Of a stretch of 64,000 nt of DNA, positions 56,571 to 64,000 are shown piece after piece; within the stretch, counting starts at the first letter, position 1; each line of letters starts with the position of its first letter. This DNA is from Bacteroidia bacterium (GTDB taxonomy: Bacteria; Bacteroidota; Bacteroidia; JADZBD01), in assembly GCA_020852255.1 (NCBI GenBank), contig JADZBD010000018.1:124842-188841 (forward strand), in the 5' to 3' direction. The notes under the pieces are model-generated. The model had not been told where the DNA came from. It saw only the letters and a program-made list of their open reading frames with translations, and made no database searches. The position numbers and the translations under genes are program-made.

Positions 56571-58574
56571 ATGGATATGAGTAAGATACTTCTGATTTTT
56601 CTGTCTTTTTTGTCTGTTTTGAGTGCTGCACAGGACCGGATAGTTCCGGAACATAAGAATTATGATTGGGCGGAAGAGCCCAAAATTCATACCCTGGGTC
56701 CGGAAGAGGAAAAGCAAGGTACAGTGGTTCTTAAAGACAAGCTTATTGTTGAGTACATGTACGACAAGAATGGGAACCCGGTTATGTACCTCACCAGGCA
56801 CAAAATTATCCGTCTGAATACAGACAAGAGCATCGAAGAAAACAATAAGGTATACATTCCAACAGGAGATGTGTTTGAAGTAATCGGTCTGAAAGCGAGA
56901 GCCGTAAGCAAAAGCGGAAAGGTAAAAATGGTAGAGAAAGAAAACATTAAGGACGTTGAAAATTACGAAGACTTGGGTCCCTTCCGCATTTTTGCTTTTG
57001 AGGGTATCGAGATCGGGTCGGAAGTGGAATACATCTATACGCTGCATAAGCAACCTGGTTTTTTCGGAACCGAAACGTTTCAGAACGAAAATCTCCGAAA
57101 AAATGTGGAGATACTGGTAGTTTCGCCTGATAACCTGAAATTCACTTCCAAGCTGTACAACATTAATCAGGAACCGAAAACGTATGATGAGAACGGGAAG
57201 AATTTTATCTATGTGAAAGTAGATTCCGTTCCCGGGCTGAAGGAAGAGCGCTACTCAGCGTACCGAGCCCATTTGCAGCGGCTCGAGTACAAGCTGTCGC
57301 GTAATACAGCCAAAACCAATACGGAAATATTTCCCTTTTCAGAGGCAGCGACCCGAATATGGGAAGACCTTGTAGATCTTTCCGGTAGCGCTGAAAAAGA
57401 ATCGGATGTAAAAAGCAATGTGAAGCGTTCCAGAAAGGCTGTAAAAAAATTCCTGGACACACTCAAATTATCGAAAGGGGCGTCGGTGGAAGAGAAGATC
57501 CGGACGGTGGAATCACGCCTAAAATCGTATATTATTATTAAAGAAGGTGCTCCTCCTATGTCGCTGGACAAGATATTTTCGAACCGGTACACCGGGGAGA
57601 AGGGAATGCTGCGCCTATTGGCAGAAACGTTTAATCAGATGGAAATTAAATTTGAAATCGTGCTAACCACCGACCGTTTCAAAGCCTTCTTCGACGGGGA
57701 GTATGAGACCTGGAACTACCTGGATCATTACCTGATGTATTTCCCTGAAATAGACAACTACCTCGCACCGGGAGAAATGTTCAGTCGCCTTGGATATATT
57801 CCTAATGAATGGATGTGTAATGACGGGCTGTTCGTGAAGGGAGTAAAACTCGGGGAAATAGTGATTGGAAGCGGTAAAATCAAATCAATTAAGTGTGCGG
57901 ATTATAAACTCAGTTATGATAACATTTACGCAAGTATTCTGTTCGAAGAAGACATGACAACCACAAAGGTGCATCTGAAACGTACACTTTCTGGCTTTTC
58001 GGCGGGCGGACTTCAGTCGATCTATACGTACATACCCGACGATAAGAAATCAGAAACTACTGACCAATTTCTGAAACTTCTTGGTGAGGACTCTAAACTG
58101 ACGAATGTGAATATTCAGAATATGGATGAGAAGAGTTCGGGAAGAGAGCCTATTATTATGGAGTGTGATGTGGTGACATCCAATCTGATTGAGAAGGCGG
58201 GAACGAAATACATTTTTAAAATAGGTGACGTCATTGGCCCGCAGGCGGAGCTTTATCAGGAAGACAAACGCAAACTTCCTGTGGAAAACGAGTATAACCG
58301 CGGTTATTTCAGGGAAATAACCTTCACTATACCGGAAGGCTATACCGTTTCTAATCTGGATGCGCTGAATTTCAATGTAACATGTAAATACAACGATAAG
58401 ATCTCGGCGGAATTTATCTCCCATTATTCAATTCACGGCAATATCATCAAGATAGAAGTGGAGGAGAATTACCGTGATATTCGCCTGCCGGTGGAGATGT
58501 TCGAATCTTTTCGCAAGGTGATCAATGCCGCCGCCGATTTCAATAAGATCACCTTATTCCTTGAGAAGAAATGA
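56571..58574 (+). CDS. DUF3857-like secreted protein
   Basis: Signal peptide MDMSKILLIFLSFLSVLSAAQ. The N-terminal domain pattern resembles DUF3857 (VVLKDKLIVEY....RHKIIRLNT..., GSEVEYIY). I see no obvious transglutaminase Cys in the middle domain. Confidence 0.45.
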   Translation: MDMSKILLIFLSFLSVLSAAQDRIVPEHKNYDWAEEPKIHTLGPEEEKQGTVVLKDKLIVEYMYDKNGNPVMYLTRHKIIRLNTDKSIEENNKVYIPTGDVFEVIGLKARAVSKSGKVKMVEKENIKDVENYEDLGPFRIFAFEGIEIGSEVEYIYTLHKQPGFFGTETFQNENLRKNVEILVVSPDNLKFTSKLYNINQEPKTYDENGKNFIYVKVDSVPGLKEERYSAYRAHLQRLEYKLSRNTAKTNTEIFPFSEAATRIWEDLVDLSGSAEKESDVKSNVKRSRKAVKKFLDTLKLSKGASVEEKIRTVESRLKSYIIIKEGAPPMSLDKIFSNRYTGEKGMLRLLAETFNQMEIKFEIVLTTDRFKAFFDGEYETWNYLDHYLMYFPEIDNYLAPGEMFSRLGYIPNEWMCNDGLFVKGVKLGEIVIGSGKIKSIKCADYKLSYDNIYASILFEEDMTTTKVHLKRTLSGFSAGGLQSIYTYIPDDKKSETTDQFLKLLGEDSKLTNVNIQNMDEKSSGREPIIMECDVVTSNLIEKAGTKYIFKIGDVIGPQAELYQEDKRKLPVENEYNRGYFREITFTIPEGYTVSNLDALNFNVTCKYNDKISAEFISHYSIHGNIIKIEVEENYRDIRLPVEMFESFRKVINAAADFNKITLFLEKK

Positions 58575-59809
58575 TCCGCTTCAGCAGGTTCACCCTTCCC
58601 AACGGACTTAAAGTGATCCATCACGAGGATCACTCTACACCGCTGGTATGCCTGAATATACTGTACGATGTGGGTGCGCGCGACGAAGATCCCGCTCGTA
58701 CCGGTTTTGCGCACTTGTTCGAACATCTCATGTTCGGTGGCAGCGTTCACATTCCTTCCTACGACGAGCCCCTGCAGCGGGTAGGGGGGGAGAATAATGC
58801 ATTCACTACTAACGATCTTACGAATTACTACCTGACGGTACCTGCAAATAATATCGAAACCGGGTACTGGCTCGAATCTGACAGGATGTTATCGCTCGCT
58901 TTTTCAGAGAAAAGCCTGGAAGTGCAGAGAAGTGTGGTGATTGAAGAATTCAAGCAGCGTTATCTCAATCAGCCGTACGGAGATGTCTGGCTGCTTCTCA
59001 GGCCTCTCGCTTATAAAGTACATCCCTATCAATGGGACACCATAGGAAAGGAGATCCGCCATATCGAAGAGGCGTCCATGGCAGATGTACGACAGTTTTT
59101 CGACCGGCATTACCGTCCGAATAATGCCATTCTTGTTACGGCAGGAAACATGAGTGATGGTGAGGCCCGGCGCCTGGCGGAAAAATGGTTTGGGGATCTT
59201 CCGAAGGGCGCTGAAAGAAGGAGAAAACTACCCAAAGAACCTGCACAAACAGAAGCCCGTTTTCTGGAAGTTTTCCGTAATGTTCCTGCCAACGCCATTT
59301 ATAAAGTCTGGCATATGCCGGACCGCCTGCACCCCGACTATCATGCACACGACCTTCTGAGTGATATTTTATCACGTGGTCAGAGTTCCAGATTATTCAA
59401 CCGGCTGGTGAAGGAGAAAAAAATATTTTCAGAAATCAATGCGTTCATTACAGGAGATGTTGACGAAGGGCTTTTTGTGATCAACGGGAAAATACATGCA
59501 GACAAAACACCAGAGGAAGCAGATGCTGCAATTGAAGATGAGATACAGAAACTCGTAGACGATATTGTTCCGGCGCGGGAATTGGAAAAGGTCAGAAACA
59601 AAGCCGAATCTACGCTGGTGTTTTCCGAAATGTCTGTTATGAATAAAGCCATGAACCTGGCCATAATGGAATTACTGGGTGATGCCGGAAATGTGAATAC
59701 CGAAGCGGATAAGTACCGCGCCGTTACAGCAGAGCAGATCAGAAATGTAGCGGAAAGACTGTTTCGTGTCACTAATTGTTCTACCATGTACTACCGCGTG
59801 AGGAAATGA
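58571..59809 (+). CDS. M16-family zinc peptidase, active subunit
   Basis: 412 aa with the inverted zincin motif HLFEHLMFGG and the downstream E (NAFTTNDLTNYY region). Confidence 0.88.
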   Translation: MIRFSRFTLPNGLKVIHHEDHSTPLVCLNILYDVGARDEDPARTGFAHLFEHLMFGGSVHIPSYDEPLQRVGGENNAFTTNDLTNYYLTVPANNIETGYWLESDRMLSLAFSEKSLEVQRSVVIEEFKQRYLNQPYGDVWLLLRPLAYKVHPYQWDTIGKEIRHIEEASMADVRQFFDRHYRPNNAILVTAGNMSDGEARRLAEKWFGDLPKGAERRRKLPKEPAQTEARFLEVFRNVPANAIYKVWHMPDRLHPDYHAHDLLSDILSRGQSSRLFNRLVKEKKIFSEINAFITGDVDEGLFVINGKIHADKTPEEADAAIEDEIQKLVDDIVPARELEKVRNKAESTLVFSEMSVMNKAMNLAIMELLGDAGNVNTEADKYRAVTAEQIRNVAERLFRVTNCSTMYYRVRK

Positions 59810-61086
59810 AAAAAGACAGAACAAAAGCGCCGCCACGAAAGCCTGTAGGTGAAGTCCGCTTGCCTGTTGTGAAAGACGAATATCTTTCCAACGGCATTCC
59901 GGTTACGGTGGTTGACAGCGGAAGTCAGGATCTGTGCAGGGTGGAATTTATTTATAATGCGGGAACCACTTCTTCTTCCCATCCGCTGATTGCCTCTTTC
60001 GCAAACGACCTCGTACACGAGGGAACGCCCGATCACGGAGCAGAGGAAATTGCAGATCAGTTGGATTATTACGGTGCTTTTCTTGAAACAGAAGCTCATT
60101 TTGATCACGCCTCAGTTTTTTTATTTACACTAAACAAACATCTTTCTTCGGTGCTCCCGGTAGTGGCGGAATGCCTTGAGCAGGCATCATATCCGGATAA
60201 GGATGTGATTACCTTTATCTCCAACCAGAAGCAGAAATTTAAAGTAGCTGAAGAAAAAGTAAATTACATATGCAGAAGGAAATTCAATGAGGCACTATTT
60301 GGCCCGTCGCATGGATATGGACGGAATGTACAGCTAAAGGATTATGGCACAGTTTTGCCGCAGGATCTGCGGGATTTCCACAGAGCGTATTACCACGCGG
60401 GAAATTGCCGCATTATGGTCGCGGGCAAGCGCCCCAAGGGTCTTTTGGAAATGCTCGATTTACATTTCGGGAAATCACCGGCCCGTAAGACAGTTCAAAC
60501 GGAACTGGTATGGCAATTTGAACCTTCGGCCTCCAGGAAATACTTCGTTCCGAGAAAAGACGCGCTGCAGTCAGCGATCCGCATCGGGAGGATCTTATTC
60601 AACCGCCGTCACCCTGATTTTATGGATATGCAGGTGGTGAATACAATTTTAGGTGGATACTTCGGATCCAGACTGATGGCGAATATCAGGGAAGATAAGG
60701 GCTTTACATATGGTATCGGATCCGGTGTTTCATCTCTTCTTCATTCCGGATCATTTGTGATTTCTACTGAAGTTGGTACGGATGTATGCAAGGCCGCGCT
60801 GAAGGAAATCTATTACGAGCTGACTCGCTTGCGCGAGGAAACAGTGAGTAATGAAGAACTGGACACGGTGAAGAATTATATGCTGGGAACGTATCTTTCC
60901 TCGGTTGACGGGCCCTTTCAGGTGGCCGACAAAATCCGAATGCTGCGCCAGTTCGGTCTGGATACGGATCATTACGATTCGCTGATCCGGTCAATTAGAA
61001 CAATCACGCCGAAACGCATTCGTGAACTCGCCAATACCTGGCTTCTTGAAAAGGACTTATTTGAAGTAGTGGCAGGAAAAAAATGA
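59806..61086 (+). CDS. M16-family peptidase, non-catalytic partner subunit
   Basis: About 426 aa with the M16 fold pattern but no HxxEH motif. ATGA overlaps on both sides. Confidence 0.78.
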   Translation: MKKDRTKAPPRKPVGEVRLPVVKDEYLSNGIPVTVVDSGSQDLCRVEFIYNAGTTSSSHPLIASFANDLVHEGTPDHGAEEIADQLDYYGAFLETEAHFDHASVFLFTLNKHLSSVLPVVAECLEQASYPDKDVITFISNQKQKFKVAEEKVNYICRRKFNEALFGPSHGYGRNVQLKDYGTVLPQDLRDFHRAYYHAGNCRIMVAGKRPKGLLEMLDLHFGKSPARKTVQTELVWQFEPSASRKYFVPRKDALQSAIRIGRILFNRRHPDFMDMQVVNTILGGYFGSRLMANIREDKGFTYGIGSGVSSLLHSGSFVISTEVGTDVCKAALKEIYYELTRLREETVSNEELDTVKNYMLGTYLSSVDGPFQVADKIRMLRQFGLDTDHYDSLIRSIRTITPKRIRELANTWLLEKDLFEVVAGKK

Positions 61087-62375
61087 GAAGGTCGAAAACC
61101 CTTTTGGATTACACGATTACCTTTTTCACGGAATTCCTTGTGCTGGCTGCCGGAGTACTGGTTTACCGCCTTGCCGCAACAATGCTTGGAGAATCCGGAT
61201 TTTCTGAATACGCCGTAGTGCGCCGTTCTATTTCTTTTATTCAGCCGGTGGTGATGCTGGGGGTAGGGGTAGGTCTTCCCCGTTATGTGGCATACGCCAT
61301 GGAAGGAAAAGCCGGAGCTTCACCCGGTGATTACCTGAAGGCATCATTTCGGATTACTCTCCTGACCACGATACTATTTGTTGTTATAGCTCTCCTTTTT
61401 AAGGATTTTCTCGCACAACTTTTCTTCGGAAACGAAGCCTACTCAGGCTTGATCCTTCCTTTGTGTGTGTGTATTTCCGGACTGGTACTGCATTCGCTCG
61501 TTTATTCATTCTTCAGAGGTAGAATTAAAATGATTGCCGCTAATCTTATACAGGCATTTAATCTTGGCATCGTCCCGCTGGCGGCATTTTACTTTGCTCA
61601 GTCTGTCACTGACGTATTACTTTTTACAGGAATTGCATGGTTTATCACCGGTGGTATGGTGTTCATCGCGCAGCTTTTAATTTCCGGTGGTGGTGCCTAC
61701 GGCTCAGGCAAAGGCGCAGGAAAGGAACTATTCAGTTATGGTATCCGCAGAGTGCCGGGTGATATGCTGCTTATGGCCCTGCTCTCGTTCCCTGCCTTCC
61801 TTGCAGCAAATAGCTACGATGATTCACTAGAAATCGCGGGGCAGGTGGCCTTTGCAATGTCCTTGCTGAATATGGCCGGAGCAGCGTTCGCGCCGGTTTG
61901 CCTTATCCTTCTCCCGCAAACCAGCAGGATCCTCGCCAGTTCGGATTTCCCTCAGTTGAAAAGAATTTTCCGGCAACTTACGTTTCTTACCCTCGCGCTA
62001 TGTGGATGCGGCATTCTCGTTACCGTTCCTTTTATGGATATACTTTTAAGGTGGTATCTTGGCGAGGCTGCACCGGAGCTTGTTTCAATCTGCAGACTGG
62101 TTCTGTTTGCAAGTATCGGGTATTGTTTATATATCTCATTGCGTAGTATTCTGGATGCTTTTTATTTTAAAGCCGTGAACTCCGCGAACATTCTTATTGC
62201 GTTTCTTTTTTTTCTGGCAGGTGCCGTATGGTCATGGTACTCCGATGCTGGTCTCAGAACTTTACTGTTCGTTTTTGTTTTCAGTCTTTCATTGCTCGGA
62301 CTGCTTACCTGGTGGAGGGTATGGTCCCTCATTAGGGAAAAATCCGGTCTCACATCCTCAGAAACCGGAACATGA
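61083..62375 (+). CDS. MOP-superfamily oligosaccharide flippase (Wzx-like)
   Basis: 430 aa and about 12-14 TM helices, with topology and length typical of polysaccharide flippases. Confidence 0.65.
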   Translation: MRRSKTLLDYTITFFTEFLVLAAGVLVYRLAATMLGESGFSEYAVVRRSISFIQPVVMLGVGVGLPRYVAYAMEGKAGASPGDYLKASFRITLLTTILFVVIALLFKDFLAQLFFGNEAYSGLILPLCVCISGLVLHSLVYSFFRGRIKMIAANLIQAFNLGIVPLAAFYFAQSVTDVLLFTGIAWFITGGMVFIAQLLISGGGAYGSGKGAGKELFSYGIRRVPGDMLLMALLSFPAFLAANSYDDSLEIAGQVAFAMSLLNMAGAAFAPVCLILLPQTSRILASSDFPQLKRIFRQLTFLTLALCGCGILVTVPFMDILLRWYLGEAAPELVSICRLVLFASIGYCLYISLRSILDAFYFKAVNSANILIAFLFFLAGAVWSWYSDAGLRTLLFVFVFSLSLLGLLTWWRVWSLIREKSGLTSSETGT

Positions 62376-63793
62376 GCCACTTTCTGATACTCGGTGTTTT
62401 AACGCTCGGAATTGGATTCCTTGCATGGAGGATTTGGAAGATTACTCGTGAGCCTGGATTCCTGCTGGGATTAGGACTAATGTATTACTGGACGCTTCTT
62501 GGAGCCTGGTTTCTGATTTACGATGATCTGTCGGGGGGGAAGGGTATAGAGTTTGGTTTGTCGTATTATATCTATACTGAACTTCTTTTTCCTGTTCATG
62601 CCGATACGGACTATCTCTATTCAATTCTGCTTTACGGATCCTTTATGCTGATTATTGAAGGAGTTATGCTGTTCTTCTTAAGCAGAAGAAAACATCTTAT
62701 GATGGGAGAAGGACCTGCCCCCGTAACAATTCATCATGGATGGCTGATTCTCGGATGTGTGCTTGCAGCTTTGATTAGTTTCTCCCTGGTATGGACAGAA
62801 ATACTTACGGCTGCTAAATTCAAGCATTCGATCTATGTGGTCACGCGGCAACAACAGGGCAAATGGTTTGTTATTCATCAATTGCTGAATCAGGCGGCTG
62901 TCAGCGGCATCTTTCTCGGATTATTAACCTGGCTGACAGGTCCGGCGGCACGGTTTATTACCGGATCCACCGCGCGGAAATGGCTCTGGCTTTACATCCC
63001 CGCAGTAGTTTTTATTACAGGTTACATGCTTCTGCTTGGCAATAAAAAGGAACTCATGACCGGGGGTATTCTCGGCCTGGTATTCTTTTATTCAAATTGC
63101 GGGAAAAAGATAGAGTGGCTCAAGTCTTCTGTCTTCTGTATTCTGCTTGTAATTCCGTTCATATTCAACAATGGTCTTCGGGCCTATTCCCCCGTATTTC
63201 TTACCCGCATTTTTAACACCGAGCACCTCACGTTTGCTTTAAAGAAGGAAATTGTATATACAAAATTTACCCTCTCTTCCTCCGCACTTTCCTTCCTTTT
63301 CAGTAATGAAATGTTTTGTGCCCATATGTCAATGTACGGAGCAGTGCACCATGATGTTCCATACACCTGGGGAAGCAGCATCGTCAGTTTGTCAGCTTCC
63401 ATGGTGCCAAGAATGTTGTGGCCCAACCGACCCGGGCCGATATACGAACATTATGCTGGTCATTTTCATCTGCCGGAAGGGCAGGGATTTACTATTCATC
63501 ATGCCACCGGATGGTATCTCAATTTTGGTATTGCAGGAGTAGTGGCGGGTGCGGTTTTGCTTGGTTGGTTGTGGATACGGTTTTATCAGGGAATGTTTGC
63601 GGCAGGAGGCAGGCGTTTCCGATTTATGCGGATCGCTCTTATGCTTGCGTTTGCCGGATTGGTTTCTGAAATACCGGCGATGATCCGCTCCGGGCCGGAA
63701 TCGTATAAAGTGGTGATCTTTGAGGGGATGTTGTTGCCGGCGCTGGTTATCTTTTTGGCCACCCTCTTTATTAAAAAAAACAACGCCCGATGA
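62372..63793 (+). CDS. polytopic membrane protein, O-antigen polymerase (Wzy)-like (tentative)
   Basis: 473 aa and at least 10 TM helices with one larger loop. It sits between the flippase and the epimerase. Confidence 0.4.
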   Translation: MSHFLILGVLTLGIGFLAWRIWKITREPGFLLGLGLMYYWTLLGAWFLIYDDLSGGKGIEFGLSYYIYTELLFPVHADTDYLYSILLYGSFMLIIEGVMLFFLSRRKHLMMGEGPAPVTIHHGWLILGCVLAALISFSLVWTEILTAAKFKHSIYVVTRQQQGKWFVIHQLLNQAAVSGIFLGLLTWLTGPAARFITGSTARKWLWLYIPAVVFITGYMLLLGNKKELMTGGILGLVFFYSNCGKKIEWLKSSVFCILLVIPFIFNNGLRAYSPVFLTRIFNTEHLTFALKKEIVYTKFTLSSSALSFLFSNEMFCAHMSMYGAVHHDVPYTWGSSIVSLSASMVPRMLWPNRPGPIYEHYAGHFHLPEGQGFTIHHATGWYLNFGIAGVVAGAVLLGWLWIRFYQGMFAAGGRRFRFMRIALMLAFAGLVSEIPAMIRSGPESYKVVIFEGMLLPALVIFLATLFIKKNNAR

Positions 63794-64000
63794 ACATTTT
63801 ACTGACCGGAGGCTCCGGATTCATTGGCAGACATTTAGTGCAAAGTCTGGTGCAAGCCGGATTCAAAATAACGGTATTGTCGAGGGAAGACTCAGAGAAA
63901 GCATTGCCGGAAGGAGTAAGGGTGGAGAAAGGAGATATCACCAAGCCGGAGACCTATTGTTCTCTGCTTGCAGAAACGAACGCACTGGTGCATCTTGCTT
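63790..64000 (+). CDS. NAD-dependent epimerase/dehydratase, N-terminal fragment (3' end outside window)
   Basis: Rossmann motif MNILLTGGSGFIGRHLV. ATGA overlap with the upstream gene. Confidence 0.8.
   Translation, partial: MNILLTGGSGFIGRHLVQSLVQAGFKITVLSREDSEKALPEGVRVEKGDITKPETYCSLLAETNALVHLA

Noticed and set aside
62206-62213. Homopolymer tracts inside coding regions as phase-variation switches: T8 here, A8 at 63773-63780 and A8 at 13360-13367.
   Set aside because: The tracts are short (8 nt), encode ordinary F/K residues, and show no sign of frameshifted alternative ORFs. One of them lies in recF, an unlikely phase-variable gene.
1-64000. A search for CRISPR arrays, rRNA/tRNA/tmRNA/RNase P genes and IS elements.
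   Set aside because: Every stretch longer than about 190 nt is covered by a supported CDS. No spaced direct repeats, tRNA cloverleaf-like segments or transposase-like ORFs were seen by eye. A computational scan (tRNAscan-SE, Infernal/Rfam, a CRISPR array finder) would be needed to be definitive.

Overview
This is an almost gap-free chromosomal segment that looks like a Bacteroidota genome. The taxonomic clues are three proteins ending in Por/T9SS C-terminal sorting domains, a DUF5103/T9SS-plug-like gene, DUF4199 and GWxTD proteins, and TAnnTTTG -7 promoter boxes in most intergenic gaps. I call 51 CDS, mostly housekeeping: trpF(partial)-trpB-trpA-DAHP synthase, lon, ribH, recF, recQ, mpl, rho, dacB, apaG, hutI-ftcD, aroC, aroQ, xerD, lolD, rluE, an M16 peptidase pair and the start of a Wzx/Wzy-type glycan locus. 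I saw no rRNA, tRNA, CRISPR array, transposase/IS, prophage or integrase-bounded island. The largest non-coding gap is about 186 nt. I do not see a clearly recognisable new multi-gene system. The best follow-up candidates are: (i) a stand-alone ATP-cone::Mrr-type nuclease fusion; (ii) a tightly coupled lolD / 3-TM protein / amidohydrolase cassette; (iii) six genes chained by five ATGA overlaps that link a DUF3857 protein and an M16 pair to Wzx/Wzy/epimerase genes; (iv) a GWxTD protein coupled to a GT2 glycosyltransferase. There are also sequence-level signals: a recurrent TAnnTTTG-N3/4-ATG geometry implying leaderless mRNAs, an rluE whose conserved N-terminal strand lies upstream of any canonical start codon, a C-rich/G-poor rho leader with a poly-Q/H insert in Rho, and convergent genes with zero or negative spacing. 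All family assignments come from motif recognition by eye, not from database searches.
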